From contig OZ281496.1 in assembly GCA_965637545.1 (NCBI GenBank), positions 29,016,001 to 29,080,000 of the forward strand: a stretch of 64,000 nt of DNA, in the 5' to 3' direction. Positions 24,190-36,029 of this stretch are shown piece by piece. This DNA comes from Phallusia mammillata (Eukaryota). The notes beneath the pieces were generated by a model that had not been told where the DNA came from, did not search any database, and worked only from the letters and a program-made list of their open reading frames with translations. Numbering within the stretch: the first letter of the stretch is position 1; each line of letters starts with the position of its first letter. Made by a program: the position numbers and the translations under genes.

Positions 24190-27100
24190 TGTAATGTATA
24201 TTGCGCCACCTTGTGACGCATTAAGTATATTGCCCCGCCTTGTGACGACCTTGCCACATGCCCATATAAAAGCGTGAGTTTCACCTTTACGGGCATTCGA
24301 AGTGTCTTGTAGCTGTGGGCTTGTTGTGTCGCTGTTTCATTCAATACATGGTGTCAGAAGTGCGTTCACGCCTCTAATTAAGATGGACAAATCAGCAGTT
24401 TCTCTACCCCCGGCAATGCAGTGGAATGGCAATATGGCCGAGAACTGGAAAAGGTTTATCCAGAGATTCAAGCTCTATCTGACGGCGATTGGTGGTGACA
24501 GCAAGTCCGACAAAAGTAAGTCTGCGTTGCTTCTTCATGTTATGGAAGGTGATGGCATTCAGATTTACAATTCTTTTAAGTTCGAAACTGGAAATGACAT
24601 GAAATTTGATGTCATAGTGAATGAATTTCAACTGTATTTCTGCCCAAAAAAGAACGTAACATTTGAACGTTATAAATTTAAAAACCGAAACCAACAGGAT
24701 GGTGAAAATATTGATCAATATGCCACCGAGCTAAAAAATCTTTCTGCACATTGTGAGTTTGAGAATCTTAGTGACTCATTAATCCGGGATAGAGTGGTTT
24801 GTGGAATTTCTGACGACAAGGTTCGTGAAGTTCTTTTAAAAGAAGTTGACCTGACTCTAGAAAAATGTCTTTCTATTTGTCGTTCAAATGAAGTAGTTAA
24901 ACTACAAGCTGATGTAATTAGGAGCCAAGAGAATAACGTGTGGGTTGTCAATAATCAACAATTAACCCCGGGGACAAGTCGTTTCAGGTCCAACAAAAGG
25001 AACCTGCGGTGCGAAGGATGTGCTTTAATTCACGCTTCAGGTGCATGTTCAGCCCGGGGGAAACCTTGTTTCCATTGTGGAAAACTTGGCCACTACTCAA
25101 GATGTTGTAGCAACCGAAGAGTCAATGAAGTGAAGGAAACTTCTTTTCACGTTAATACAGTGAGTACCGTTGTCACTTCAAAAGATTGGTTAGTTCCAAT
25201 GAGATTAAATGGAAAACAGTTTACCTGTAAAATTGACACTGGTGCCCAGGTGAACCTAATTTCGCCATCAGATGTTAAAGCTATTTCCAGTACACCTCGT
25301 ATCGAAAGTACCAATATTGTGCTAACTGCGTTTGCCAATCACAAGATACTTGTGTATGGTGTTTGCACTTTAAATGTCACATTCCGAAACCATGCGCACG
25401 TGATGAAGTTCTTTGTTGTCCAAGCTAAAACTCAACCACTTATCGGTCTTTTTGGTGCAGAGGCGTTAATGCTTATCAATCGTGTACATGCAGTGGAGTC
25501 TAAAGAGCAGTGTGGTAATCTTGTCCGCGAATACGAGGATATTTTTAATGGTCTCCGTTGTCTTCCAGATACATACTCAATAAGGTTGAACTCCAATGCC
25601 ACTCCAGTCATCCATCCGAGTCGAAAAGTTCCGTATCTGCTGAAACCAAAGTTAAAAGAAGAACTTCAGAGAATGAAAGGATTAGGTGTTATAACAGAAG
25701 TGACTGAACCAACCAGATGGGTAAACTCCTTAGTAATTGTGAACAAAAAGAACGGAAAACTTCGTGTTTGTCTTGAACCCCGTGACCTCAATAAATCAAT
25801 CATGCGTGAACATTACATGTTACCCACTCGGGAGGAATTAATGTCACAATTTAGTAATGCAAAGTTTTTTAGCAAGTTGGATGCTGTGAGTGGTTTTTGG
25901 CAAATAAAAAATTGACGAAGAAAGTTCGAAGCTGTGTACATTTAATACTCCCTTCGGAAGGTACAGGTTTTTGCGTTTACCGTTTGGTATCTCGTCCGCC
26001 CCAGAAGTATTTCATCGTGCTGTACATTCCTTGTTTGAGCACATGGATGGTGTTGACACGTCAATGGACGATATTATTGTGTGGGGCAGTTCCAAAGAAG
26101 AACATGACAGGCGACTCCACATGGTTTTGAAACAAGCTAGGAAGTCAAATTTACGATTGAATCGTGAAAAATGCGTTTTTTGTGTCAATCGTTTAACGTT
26201 CATGGGAGATGTTTTAAGTGCAGGTGGTTTGCAACCAGATCCAAAGAAGGTTCGAGCCATTGAGACGATGTCTCGACCAGCAAACAAGCGTGATGTTCAA
26301 CGCTTTCTGGGCATGGTGAACTATCTTGCACGGTATATGCCCGATGTGTCAGAAAAAACTGCACAACTTCGCTCACTGGTGCATAAAGATAGTGAATGGA
26401 ACTGGACCAGTAACGAAGAAAAAGCGTGGATGGAATTAAAGAGGGTAATTTCTAGCCAACCCATTCTTAAACATTTTAATCCTGTACTTCCAATAAAGGT
26501 ATCCGCAGACGCCTCAAAAGAAGCTCTTGGTGCGGTATTGCTTCAGATGCATGACAAAGAGTGGTATCCTGTGTCCTACGCCTCTAGAGCAATGATTGAT
26601 ACTGAAACGCGCTACGCACAAATTGAAAAGGAACTCCTTGCGGTAACATTTGCGTGTGAGCGGTTTCATCAGTTCATATATGGTCAACACATATGCATAG
26701 AAACTGATCACAAGCCATTAGTTCCGTTGTTTAAAAAAAAACTTAAACAATTGTCCAATAAGGGTACAACGTCTGATGATACGTCTGCATTCGTATGACT
26801 TTAGTGTAATCTATACTCCAGGAAAGTTCATGCACACAGCCGATGCTTTGTCGAGAAATGTTTCCCAAGAAACCGAAGATTTGCAATCACATGCTGATGT
26901 GGAACGTTATGTTCATTTGGTTGTGTCATCACTTCCAATCTCCTCCAATGCTATGGCGCAACTTCGTGAAGAAACTGAACGAGATCCCCAGTCAATAGAC
27001 ATCGTGCATTACGTTTACAATGGTTGGCCGGAACGTTCCGCAAATTGCACACCAGACTCCCAGGTATTTTGGAAAGTCCGTGATGAACTGTCCGTAAATG

Positions 27101-28440
27101 AAGGTGTCCTGTTTAAAGGAAGCAAAATAGTCATTCCCCGGAAAATGAGACGGTCAATTCTAGCTAAGCTGCATGAAGGTCATATGGGGGAAGTTAAATG
27201 CAAAGGTCGTGCCCACGAATTAGTGTATTGGCCTGGAATTAACAAGGACATATCAAATTTGGTGTCCGCATGTTCAACATGTATGCGTTACAGACCGCGT
27301 TTGCAAAAAGAACCCTTGAATCCACATGAAATTACCAAGTTTCCCTTTGAAAAAATAGGTGTTGATTTATGTTCGTATAATGGTCGGTCGTATTTAGTAG
27401 TTGTTGATTATTATTCAGGTTATCCCGATGTTTATTGTATTAACAACACTTCTAGCGATGCAGTTATTACCTGTCTTAAGCAAACGTTTTCTCGCTTTGG
27501 TGTGCCGCTTAAACTATTTAGCGACAACGGGCCACAATTTTCCTCCCGTGAATTTAGATGTTTTTCGCAATCTTGGGACTTCTGTCATTTAACATCAAGT
27601 CCCCATTTTCCGCAATCTAATGGACTTGCGGAAAGGACGGTACAAACCGTTAAAAATCTGTTAAAAAAATCTGTTGCCAGTGGCCAGGACTTTGATTTGA
27701 ATTTGTTAATTTATCGTAGTTCGCCTTTACAGTGTGGTTTATCGCCGTCACAGTTGCTCATGGGAAGGCAAACCAGAAGTAATTTGCCTATTTGTGAAGA
27801 AAAGCTTAAGTGTCATAATTTGCCCAAATGCCCTTTTTATGCCGAAAAAACAGTACAAAAACGTTATTTTGATGTAGGTTCAAAACCATTAAATGTTTTA
27901 AAGCCTGGTACCCCTGTAAAACTGTTTGATTTTCTTCGCCGCACATGGACAGAGGACGGAGTTATTGACAAGGTTTTGTCACCGCGCTCCTATATCGTTC
28001 GTACTCCTGACAATGTACTTTATCGTCGTAATCGTATACATATTCGCCGCAACATTGAATCCTCATCTCAAAGGTCTTCTCTGTTGCAAACGTTACCTTT
28101 ATCGCCGCATCATGTTTCTGATAATTGTGAAATTGTTCGCAACTTTAATGTTCCGTGTCGTTCCAAAAGAAAACGTAAACCGACGAGACGACTAATTGAA
28201 GAAATGTAGACTTGTGTATTTTTCGTTTTCATACTGATGTTAGTTTTCTCCTTTTGTTTCTTCTTTTTCGTGAAGGGAAGATGTAATGTATATTGCGCCA
28301 CCTTGTGACGCATTAAGTATATTGCCCCGCCTTGTGACGACCTTGCCGCATGCCCATATAAAAGCGTGAGTTTCACCTTTACGGGCATTCGAAGTGTCTT
28401 GTAGCTGTGGGCTTGTTGTGTCGCTGTTTCATTCAATACA
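24190..28440 (+). mobile_element. Full-length Ty3/gypsy LTR retrotransposon (Mag-like)
   Basis: 159-bp TG...CA LTRs at 24190-24348 and 28282-28440, differing at one base (A24256 vs G28348). 5-bp TSD AGAAG (24185-24189, 28441-28445). PBS TGGTGTCAGAAGTG (24349-24362) is complementary to the 3' end of tRNA-Leu(CAA) type tRNAs. PPT GAAGGGAAGA (28272-28281). Confidence 0.97.
24383..28209 (+). CDS. Gag-Pol polyprotein of the LTR element, split by two +1 frameshifts
   Basis: Gag with two Cys/His knuckles (CEGCALIHASGAC, CFHCGKLGHYSRC), protease DTGA, RT (LDAVSGFWQI, RLPFG, SMDD), RNase H (ADAS, EKELLA, TDHKPL) and integrase (HHCC; DLCS, SDNG, NGLAER). Removing one A from the A6 run (~25906-25911) and one from the A9 run (~26733-26741) joins the three ORFs. 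Confidence 0.9.
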
Positions 28441-28808
28441 AGAAGAGGATGTTTAGCTTGGGCTTTTGTTTTCCGATTTGTGCATTTTCTTGATCAACAA
28501 GCTTTACTTTTCTATCGCCCCAGTTTCACACTTTCTTTGTCGCACTTTGATTAATGTTGCTTTGTTTTTCAAATAAAGCTATAATGTTTGTGTTTGCGCA
28601 GGGTTAAAATTTCTTTGCAGTGATTGTTAAATTCAGTGCATTCATTTGATTTGACTGTTTTTTTGCATCATCCTAAATGCTTTGAATTACAAATCATGTC
28701 ATAATTTCCGCATCAAGTTATCAAAACAAAGCGACAGATGTTTTATCGCTCAGTGCATTTGCTTACTGAATAATAAAGGCTGAGTACAAACAACAAGAGC
28801 AATTCGAA

Positions 28809-29718
28809 ATGCTGCGTTTTTACGAAACTAAAACCATTGCTGATTTCTACGTAAAATATAGACCGACGTATTCTAAAGAAGTGGCAAATGTCGTGGTAAA
28901 TTACTTGAAACGAAAACGTGGAATAGCTGAAGAAACACCAGTCGTGTTTGATCAACTCATAGACATTGCCTGTGGTACGGGTCAAGCAACTGCACTTTTT
29001 GCGCCGTTCTTTAAACGAGTTGTTGGGGTCGATATCAGTACTGAAATGCTAAAGCAAGCGCAGCAACACAACGTCTTCAGTCCCGTAACTTACAATGAGG
29101 GTGCAGCAGAAAAGGTACCATGCAGCTTCTGATAATAGCGCTGACTTGATTACGTGTGCCGATGCGGTCCATTGGTTTGATGTGCCCAAATTTCTTCAGG
29201 AAGCGAGAAGGGTTTTAAAACACGACGGCTGTTTGGCGCTGATCAGTTTTAGTTTTCCTCAAGTTATTGAACCACTGAAGTTGCCGGGTGGAAATGAACA
29301 TGAAATGGGAAAGCTTGCTACTACACTGTTTATGAAACATGTATTGGGAGGCATTTACGATGTAGTTGCATACAACCATGTTCTAAACAAGTACAAAGAT
29401 ATGTGCAGGGCAATTCCTTTAAAAACAAAAGAATACAATGACGATTTGAAACTACATTTCCAGTGGACTCTTGAAGAAGTAGTTGGTCACTTGAAATCAC
29501 ACGACAGTGTGCAAAACTTGCTGATTCAAAAAGCCAAGGAGTTTAAGGAGCTTGGTGTTGAGATTACTGAAGAACTACTGAAGCCATTTGATTTGAGTGA
29601 GAGATTTCGTAGCGAAGTAAAAGCTGCTTGGAACGTCGACGAGATCCCTGATTCTGAGGTTCTGATCCGTGGAGAGCAGGAAATGTACATATTACTTGTG
29701 TCCAATCTCAACCAATAA
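28809..29718 (+). pseudogene. Methyltransferase copy M6, frameshifted
   Basis: 910 nt versus 906 in intact copies. A 4-nt insertion near 29120 (CCATGCAGC vs CCAGC) shifts the frame; both halves are otherwise open. Confidence 0.85.
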
Positions 29719-30525
29719 CATTCTGTATACTTTAGCATTTTGGCGCTTAACAATTTTGATGTCTTCTAATTTTCCACTAATAATATTAATATGCCTGTGT
29801 ACAGGTTTTTTTAAGGTTTGGGTGACTGCTAAGTAGTTTTAAGAGACCGCAAGTGTTTCATTTAAATACCAAAAAATAGCCATATTCCAAATTTTGGGAA
29901 ACCGCTGGAGAAATTTGGGGGAACATTTCGGTCCCCCAAAACACCTTAAAGAAAAACACTGCCTGTGTACACTTTTTAGGCCTAAACTCCTTCTCAAATC
30001 GGTTGACATGATCGAAATATTTTAAAGTAAAGTTAAACATGCTTGAAACGTTGAAGATGTCCCGTATGTGGACGTAACGGTTAAGTGTAAAATAAAATCT
30101 ATGTCCTTATTGCACACACCCTGAAATGGTGGACGTTGAAGGATGTTATAATCAGAATCCAGATGAAGAAGTTTAGCGTGGGCATTTGTTGTCCGATTTG
30201 AGTCTTTCCTTGATTAACCAGTTTTCCTTTACCACCGCCCCAGTTTCACAATATTTTTGTCGCACTTTGGTTAATGTTGCTTTGTTTGCAAAATGAACCT
30301 ATATAATATTTGTTCTTGCGCAGAGTTTAAATTTCTTTGCAGTGATTGTTAAATTCAATGTATTCATTTGAATTGACTGCTCTTTAAATAAACGTAACTG
30401 TTTTTAATTTCAAAACATGTCATAATTTCCGCAATAAATTATCAAAACAAAGCGACAGTTTTTTATCGCCCAGTGTATTTGCTTATTTAACTATAGAGGC
30501 TGAATAAAAACAAGGGCAATATAAA

Positions 30526-31423
30526 ATGGTGCGTTGATACGAATCTCAAACCAATGCAGATTTATATGTAAAATATAGACCGGCGTATTTGAAAGAAGTG
30601 GCAAATTACTTGAAACGAAAACGTGGAATAGCTGAAGAAACACCAGTCGTGTTTGATCAACTCATAGACATTGCCTGTGGTACGGGTCAAGCAATCTCAC
30701 TTTTTGCGCCGTTCTTTAAACGAGCTGTTGGGATTGATGTAAGTACTGAAATGCTAAAGCAAGCCAAGCAACACAACGTTTTTAGTCACGTAACTTACAA
30801 AGAGGGTGCAGCAGAAAAGATACCAGCTTCTGGTAATAGCGCTGACTTGATTACGTGCGGGGAAGCGGTGCATTGGTTTGATCTGCCCAAATTTCTTCAA
30901 GAAGCAAGAAGGGTTTTAAAACACGACGGCTGTTTGGCGATAATATGTTCAAGTTTTCCTCAAGTTATTGAACCACTGAAGTTGCCGGGTGGAAATTGAT
31001 ATGAAAGGCGAAAGCTTGCTACTGAACTGTTTATGAAATCTGCATTGGGAGGCATTTACGATGTAGTTGCATACAACCATGTTCTGAACAATTAAGTACA
31101 AATATATCTACAAGGCAATTCCGTCGAACACAAAAGAATGCAATGGCGATTTTAAACTGCAGTTACAGCGGATAATTGAGGAAGTAGTTGGTCAACTGAA
31201 ATCCTACGACAGTGTGCAAAACATGCTGATGCAAAAAAGCCAAGAATTTGAGGCGCTTGGTGTTGAGATTACTAAAGAACTACTGAAGCCATTTGATTTA
31301 AGTGAGAGATTTTGTAGCGAAGTAAAAGCTGCTTGGAACGTCGAGGACATTCCTGATTCTGAAGTACTGATCCCAGGAGAGCAGGAAATGTACATAATAC
31401 TTGTGTCCAACTTCAATCAATGA
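30526..31423 (+). pseudogene. Methyltransferase copy M7, multiply disrupted
   Basis: Starts ATG GTG CGT TGA, has a short deletion in the NVVVN segment, a stop at 30997-30999, and further stops or indels before the conserved C-terminus. Confidence 0.9.
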
Positions 31424-31939
31424 TATTCTGTATGTTTTAGCATTTAGTCGCTTAACAACTTTGAGGGCTTGCGATTTTCCACAAATAGTATTAATAAGCC
31501 TGTTTGCATTATCTTACCCTACTTTTTGTCAAGTCTGTTGACCGTAGTAAAATATTTTAAAGTAAAGTTAAATGGGGTTGAAAGTTAAAGTTATCCCGGA
31601 TGTGTCAAAAGGAAATATAAAGTTAGTCGTGTTTGCACATAGCCTGAAATGTTGGACGTTGAAGGATCAGAACGCAGATGAGGATGTTTAGCGTGGGCTT
31701 TTGTTGACCGATTAGTGTCTTCTCTTGATTAATATGCTTTACTTTACCACCGCCCCAGTTTCACCCTTTGCTTGTCGCACTTTGGTTAATCTTGATGTAG
31801 TTTGAAAAATGTTGTGATGTTAAAATACTTTCGTAACACGTCATCAAAACAAACCGACCGTTATTTTATCACTCAGCGCATTTTTTACGTAACCCTATAT
31901 GGGCTGTTTTTTGTGTACAAACAACAAGAGCAATTCGAA

Positions 31940-32845
31940 ATGCTGCGTTTTTACGAATCTGAAACCATTGCTGATTTCTACCTACAACATCGACCGACGT
32001 ATTCTCAAGAAGTGGCAAATGTTGTGGTAAATTACTTGAAACGAAAACGTGGAATAGCTGAAGAAACACCAGTCGTGTTTGATCAACTCATAGATATTGC
32101 CTGTGGTACGGGTCAAGCAACTGCACTTTTTGCGCCGTTCTTTCAACGAGCTGTTGGGATTGATGTGAGTGCTGAAATGCTAAAGCAAGCTCTGCAACAT
32201 AACGTCTTTAGTCACGTAACTTACAAAGATGGTGCAGCAGAAAAGATACCAGCTTCTGATCATAGCGCTGACTTAATTACAAGCGCCGAATCGGTTCATT
32301 GGTTTGATCTGCCAACATTTCTTCAAGAAGCAAGAAGGGTTTTGAAACACGACGGCTGTTTGGCGATAATGGGTTCGAGTTTTCCTCAAGTCATTGAACC
32401 ACTGAAGTTACCGGGTGGAAATGAATATGAAATGGGAAAGCTTGCTACTAAACTGTTTACGAAATATGCACTGGAAGGGATTTACGATGTAGTTGCATAC
32501 AATCATGTTCTAAACAAGTACAAAGATATCTACAAGGCAATTCCGTCGAACACAAAAGAATACAACGACGATTTGACACTGCATTTCCAGTGGACACTTA
32601 AGGAAGTAATTGGTAACTTGAAATCCTACGACAGTGTGCAAAACATGCTGATGCAAAAAGCCAAGGAGTTTGAGGAGCTTGGTGTTGAGGCTACTGAAGA
32701 ACTACTGAAGCCATTTGATCTGAGTGAGAGTTTTCGTAGCGAAGTAAAAGCTGCTTGGAAGGTCGAGGAGATCCCCGATACAGAGGTTGTGATCCGTGGA
32801 GAGCATAAAACGTTCATAATACTTGTGTCCAACTTCAACGAATAA
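31940..32845 (+). CDS. SAM methyltransferase copy M8, 301 aa
   Basis: 906-nt intact ORF; the N-terminal variant reads FYLQHRPTY. Confidence 0.9.
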   Translation: MLRFYESETIADFYLQHRPTYSQEVANVVVNYLKRKRGIAEETPVVFDQLIDIACGTGQATALFAPFFQRAVGIDVSAEMLKQALQHNVFSHVTYKDGAAEKIPASDHSADLITSAESVHWFDLPTFLQEARRVLKHDGCLAIMGSSFPQVIEPLKLPGGNEYEMGKLATKLFTKYALEGIYDVVAYNHVLNKYKDIYKAIPSNTKEYNDDLTLHFQWTLKEVIGNLKSYDSVQNMLMQKAKEFEELGVEATEELLKPFDLSESFRSEVKAAWKVEEIPDTEVVIRGEHKTFIILVSNFNE

Positions 32846-33452
32846 TACCCGATATACTTTGTCATTTAGGCGCGTAACAATTTTGACGTCCTGCTACTTC
32901 TCTCAAATACTATTAATGTGCCCGTCCTGTACACTATTTAGCCCTTAACTCCTTCTCAAAGCTGTTGACCTTATTGAAATGTTTCAAAGTGAACTTAAAT
33001 TGAGTTGAAAATTGAAGATATCCCGAATGTGGGTGCGAATGTAAATTAATATGTGTGTCTTGTTTGCACACAGCCTGAAATGTTGGGCGTTGAGGGATGT
33101 TTTAATCAGAACCCAGATGAAGAAGATTAACTAGGGTTTTTGTTATCCCATTTGTGAATTTTCTTGATTAACCAGCATTACTTTTCCACCGGTCCATTGT
33201 TGCTTTGTTTACAAAATGGACTTATAAAATGTTTGATTTTGCGCAGTGTTTAAATTTCTTTGCAGTGATTGTTAATTTCCGTGCATTCATTTGATGTGAC
33301 TGTTTTTTACATCATCCTAAATGTTTTGAATTACAAATCATGTCATAATTTCCGCAACAAATTATCAAAACAAACCGACAGATGTTCTATCGCTTAGTGT
33401 ATTTGCTTGTTCAATTATAAAGGTTAAGTACAAACATCAAGAGCAATTCGAA

Positions 33453-34352
33453 ATGCTGCGTTTTTACGAATCTAAAGCCATTGCTGATTTTTACGTAAAA
33501 TATAGACCGACGTTTTCTCAAGAAGTGGCAAAGGTCGTGGTTAATTACTTGAAACGAAAACGTGGAATAGCTGAAGAAACACAAGTCGTGTTTGATCAAC
33601 TCATAGACGTTGCCTGTGGTACGGGTCAAGCAACTGGACTGTTTGCGCCGTTCTTTCAACGAGCTGTTGGGATTGATGTGAGTGCTGAAATGCTAAAGCA
33701 AGCACAGCAACAGAACGTATTTAGTCACGTAATTTACAAAGAGGGTGTTGCAGAAACGATACCAGCTTCTGATCATAGCGCTGACTTAATTACAAGCGCC
33801 GAATCGGTCCATTGGTTTGATCTGCCCAAATTTTTTCAAGAAGCAAGAAGGGTTTTAAAACACGACGGCTGTTTGGCGATAATGGGTTCGAGTTTACCTC
33901 AGGTTATTGAACCACTGAAGTTGCCGGGTGGAAATGAATATGAAATGGGAAAATTTGCCAGTAATCTGTTCACAAAATGTTTATTGGAAGGTAATTACGA
34001 TGTTCTTGCATACAACCATGTTCTGAACAAGTACAAAGACATTTTCAAGGCAATTCCTTCAAATACAAAAGAATACAACGACGATTTGACACTGCGTTTC
34101 CAGTGAACACTTGAGGAAGTAGTCGGTAATTTGAAATACTACGACAGTGTGCAAAACTTGCTAATTCAAAAAGCCAAGGAATTTGAAGAGCTTGGTGTTG
34201 AGGTTACTGAAGAACTACTGTAGCCATATGATTTGAGTGAGAGATTTCGTAGCGAAGTAAAAGCTGCTTGGAAGGTTGAGGATATTCCTGAATCTGAGGT
34301 TCTGATCCGTGGAGAGCATGAAATGTTCATAATACTCGTGTCCAACCGATAG
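33453..34352 (+). pseudogene. Methyltransferase copy M9, two nonsense codons
   Basis: TGA at 34104-34106 (conserved W) and TAG at 34221-34223 (conserved K). The 900-nt frame ends VSNR*. Confidence 0.85.
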
Positions 34353-34554
34353 ATGTCACGTGCTTTAGAGTCATCATTTTGTCTGATCGGTTTTGCTAAG
34401 CATAAAGTAATAACAAATTTTAACTTTGCAAGTATGACTTTTCGTTCCCATCGAAAATCATAAGTTGTTTGCAACTTTGATCGGTGTTACTTTACGGTAC
34501 CATGTGTTTTTGTAAGTTAATTCGTTAACTACTAGAGGTGTATAATCAGTGTCG

Positions 34555-35000
34555 TTAACCATTCTCTCTTGCACGTTTAGCTGGTTCTTTGATGTCATCA
34601 TTAGAATTGCTGTCAGTAATTACTGACATTGCCTTTGGTACTTTAGGCCATCTCGCCCCAACTTGAATTGAGTAAAACTGATCCAAGGCATGTTGAATTG
34701 CTGCTCCTGTATTTACCAAACTACCCAACGAACTTTCTAATACAAGGTTTAACAACGGGGTCGTCGGTTCAATGCATGAAATTTTTTTATAAACAAGCCC
34801 TCCTAATTGATCATCATAAAATGGTTTTATTATTTTGTCGCTGACATTGTAAGCTGGAGTCTACTGTATAAAGCTAACAAAACTGAAGCCGTCAGAAACA
34901 TATGGAATATGTCGTTGTGGCTAAACTAATCAAAGTTATGAATTAAAACGCTGACGTTTTTTCTGTACATGTCTCCAGTTTCCCGTGTTTGCGCGGAAAG
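34555..35000 (-). pseudogene. Collapsed remnant of a LU-sushi-vWA paralog
   Basis: A vWA exon (NTGAAIQHALDQFYSIQ...ITDSNSNDDIKEPAKRARENG*) is homologous to exon 37795-37620. The segment 34800-35000 is homologous to 40280-40445 (LU exon 2 end KHGKLETCT plus intron 2). Confidence 0.8.
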
Positions 35001-35129
35001 CACATCGTATTGTTAGAACATTTCCGCAATTTGCCTAGAGCAAAGCGACAGCTGTTTTCTCGCTCTGTGCAGAGTCATGTGTAAGTTATAACACAAAAGG
35101 CTGAACACAAACAACAAGAGGAATTCAAG

Positions 35130-36029
35130 ATGCTGCGTTTTTACGAATCTAAAAAAATTGCTGATGTCTATGTAAAATATAGACCGACGTATTCTAAAGA
35201 AGTGGCAAATGTCGTGGTAAATTTCTTGAAACGAAATCGTGGAATAGCTGAAGAAACAGCAGTCGTGTTTGATCGACTCATAGATGTTGCCAGCGGTACG
35301 GGTCAAGCAACTGGACTGTTTGCGCCGTTCTTTAAACGAGCTGTTGGGATTGATGTGAGTGCTGAAATGCTAAAGCAAGCGCAGCAACAGAACGTATTTA
35401 GGCACGTAACTTACAAACAAGGTGCTGCAGAAAAGATACCAGCTTCTGATAATAGCGCTGACTTGATTACAAGCGCCGAATCGGGGCATTGGTTTGATCT
35501 GCCCAAATTTCTTCAAGAAGCAAGAAGGGTTTTGAAACACGACGGTTGTTTGGCGATAATTTGTTCAACTTTTCCTACGGTTATTGAACCACTGGAGCTG
35601 CCCGGTGGAAATGAATATGTAATGGGAAAATATGCCAGTGATCTGTTCACAAAATGTTTATTGGAAGGCAAGTACGATGTTGTTGCATACAATCATGTTT
35701 TCAACAAGTACAAAGATATCTACAAGGCAATTCCGTCGAACACAAAAGAATACAACGACGATTTGACACTGCATTTCCAGTGGACACTTGAGGAAGTAGT
35801 CGGTCATTTGAAGTCCGTCGACAGTGTGCACAACGTGCTGATTCAAAAAGCCAAGGAGTTTGAGGAGCTTGGTGTTGAGGTTACTGAAGAACTACTGAAG
35901 CCATTTGATCTGAGTGAGAGATTTCGTGGCGAAGTAAAAGCTGCTTGGAATGTCGAGGAAATCCCTGATTCTGAGGTTCTGATCCGAGGAGAGGCTGATA
36001 TGTTCATAATACTTGTGTCTAACCTATAG
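35130..36029 (+). CDS. SAM methyltransferase copy M10, 299 aa
   Basis: 900-nt intact ORF with variants DVASGTG, AESGHW and ICSTFP; ends VSNL*. Confidence 0.88.
   Translation: MLRFYESKKIADVYVKYRPTYSKEVANVVVNFLKRNRGIAEETAVVFDRLIDVASGTGQATGLFAPFFKRAVGIDVSAEMLKQAQQQNVFRHVTYKQGAAEKIPASDNSADLITSAESGHWFDLPKFLQEARRVLKHDGCLAIICSTFPTVIEPLELPGGNEYVMGKYASDLFTKCLLEGKYDVVAYNHVFNKYKDIYKAIPSNTKEYNDDLTLHFQWTLEEVVGHLKSVDSVHNVLIQKAKEFEELGVEVTEELLKPFDLSERFRGEVKAAWNVEEIPDSEVLIRGEADMFIILVSNL

Noticed and set aside
24302-24382. Gag ORF extension upstream of 24383
   Set aside because: It starts at GTG inside the LTR and runs through the PBS; the first ATG is at 24383.
18868-32845. N-terminal extensions of methyltransferase ORFs in the ORF track (19905, 22899, 31802, 18320)
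   Set aside because: They begin at non-ATG codons and differ between copies. The shared ATG (MLRFYE) gives a constant 906-nt frame.
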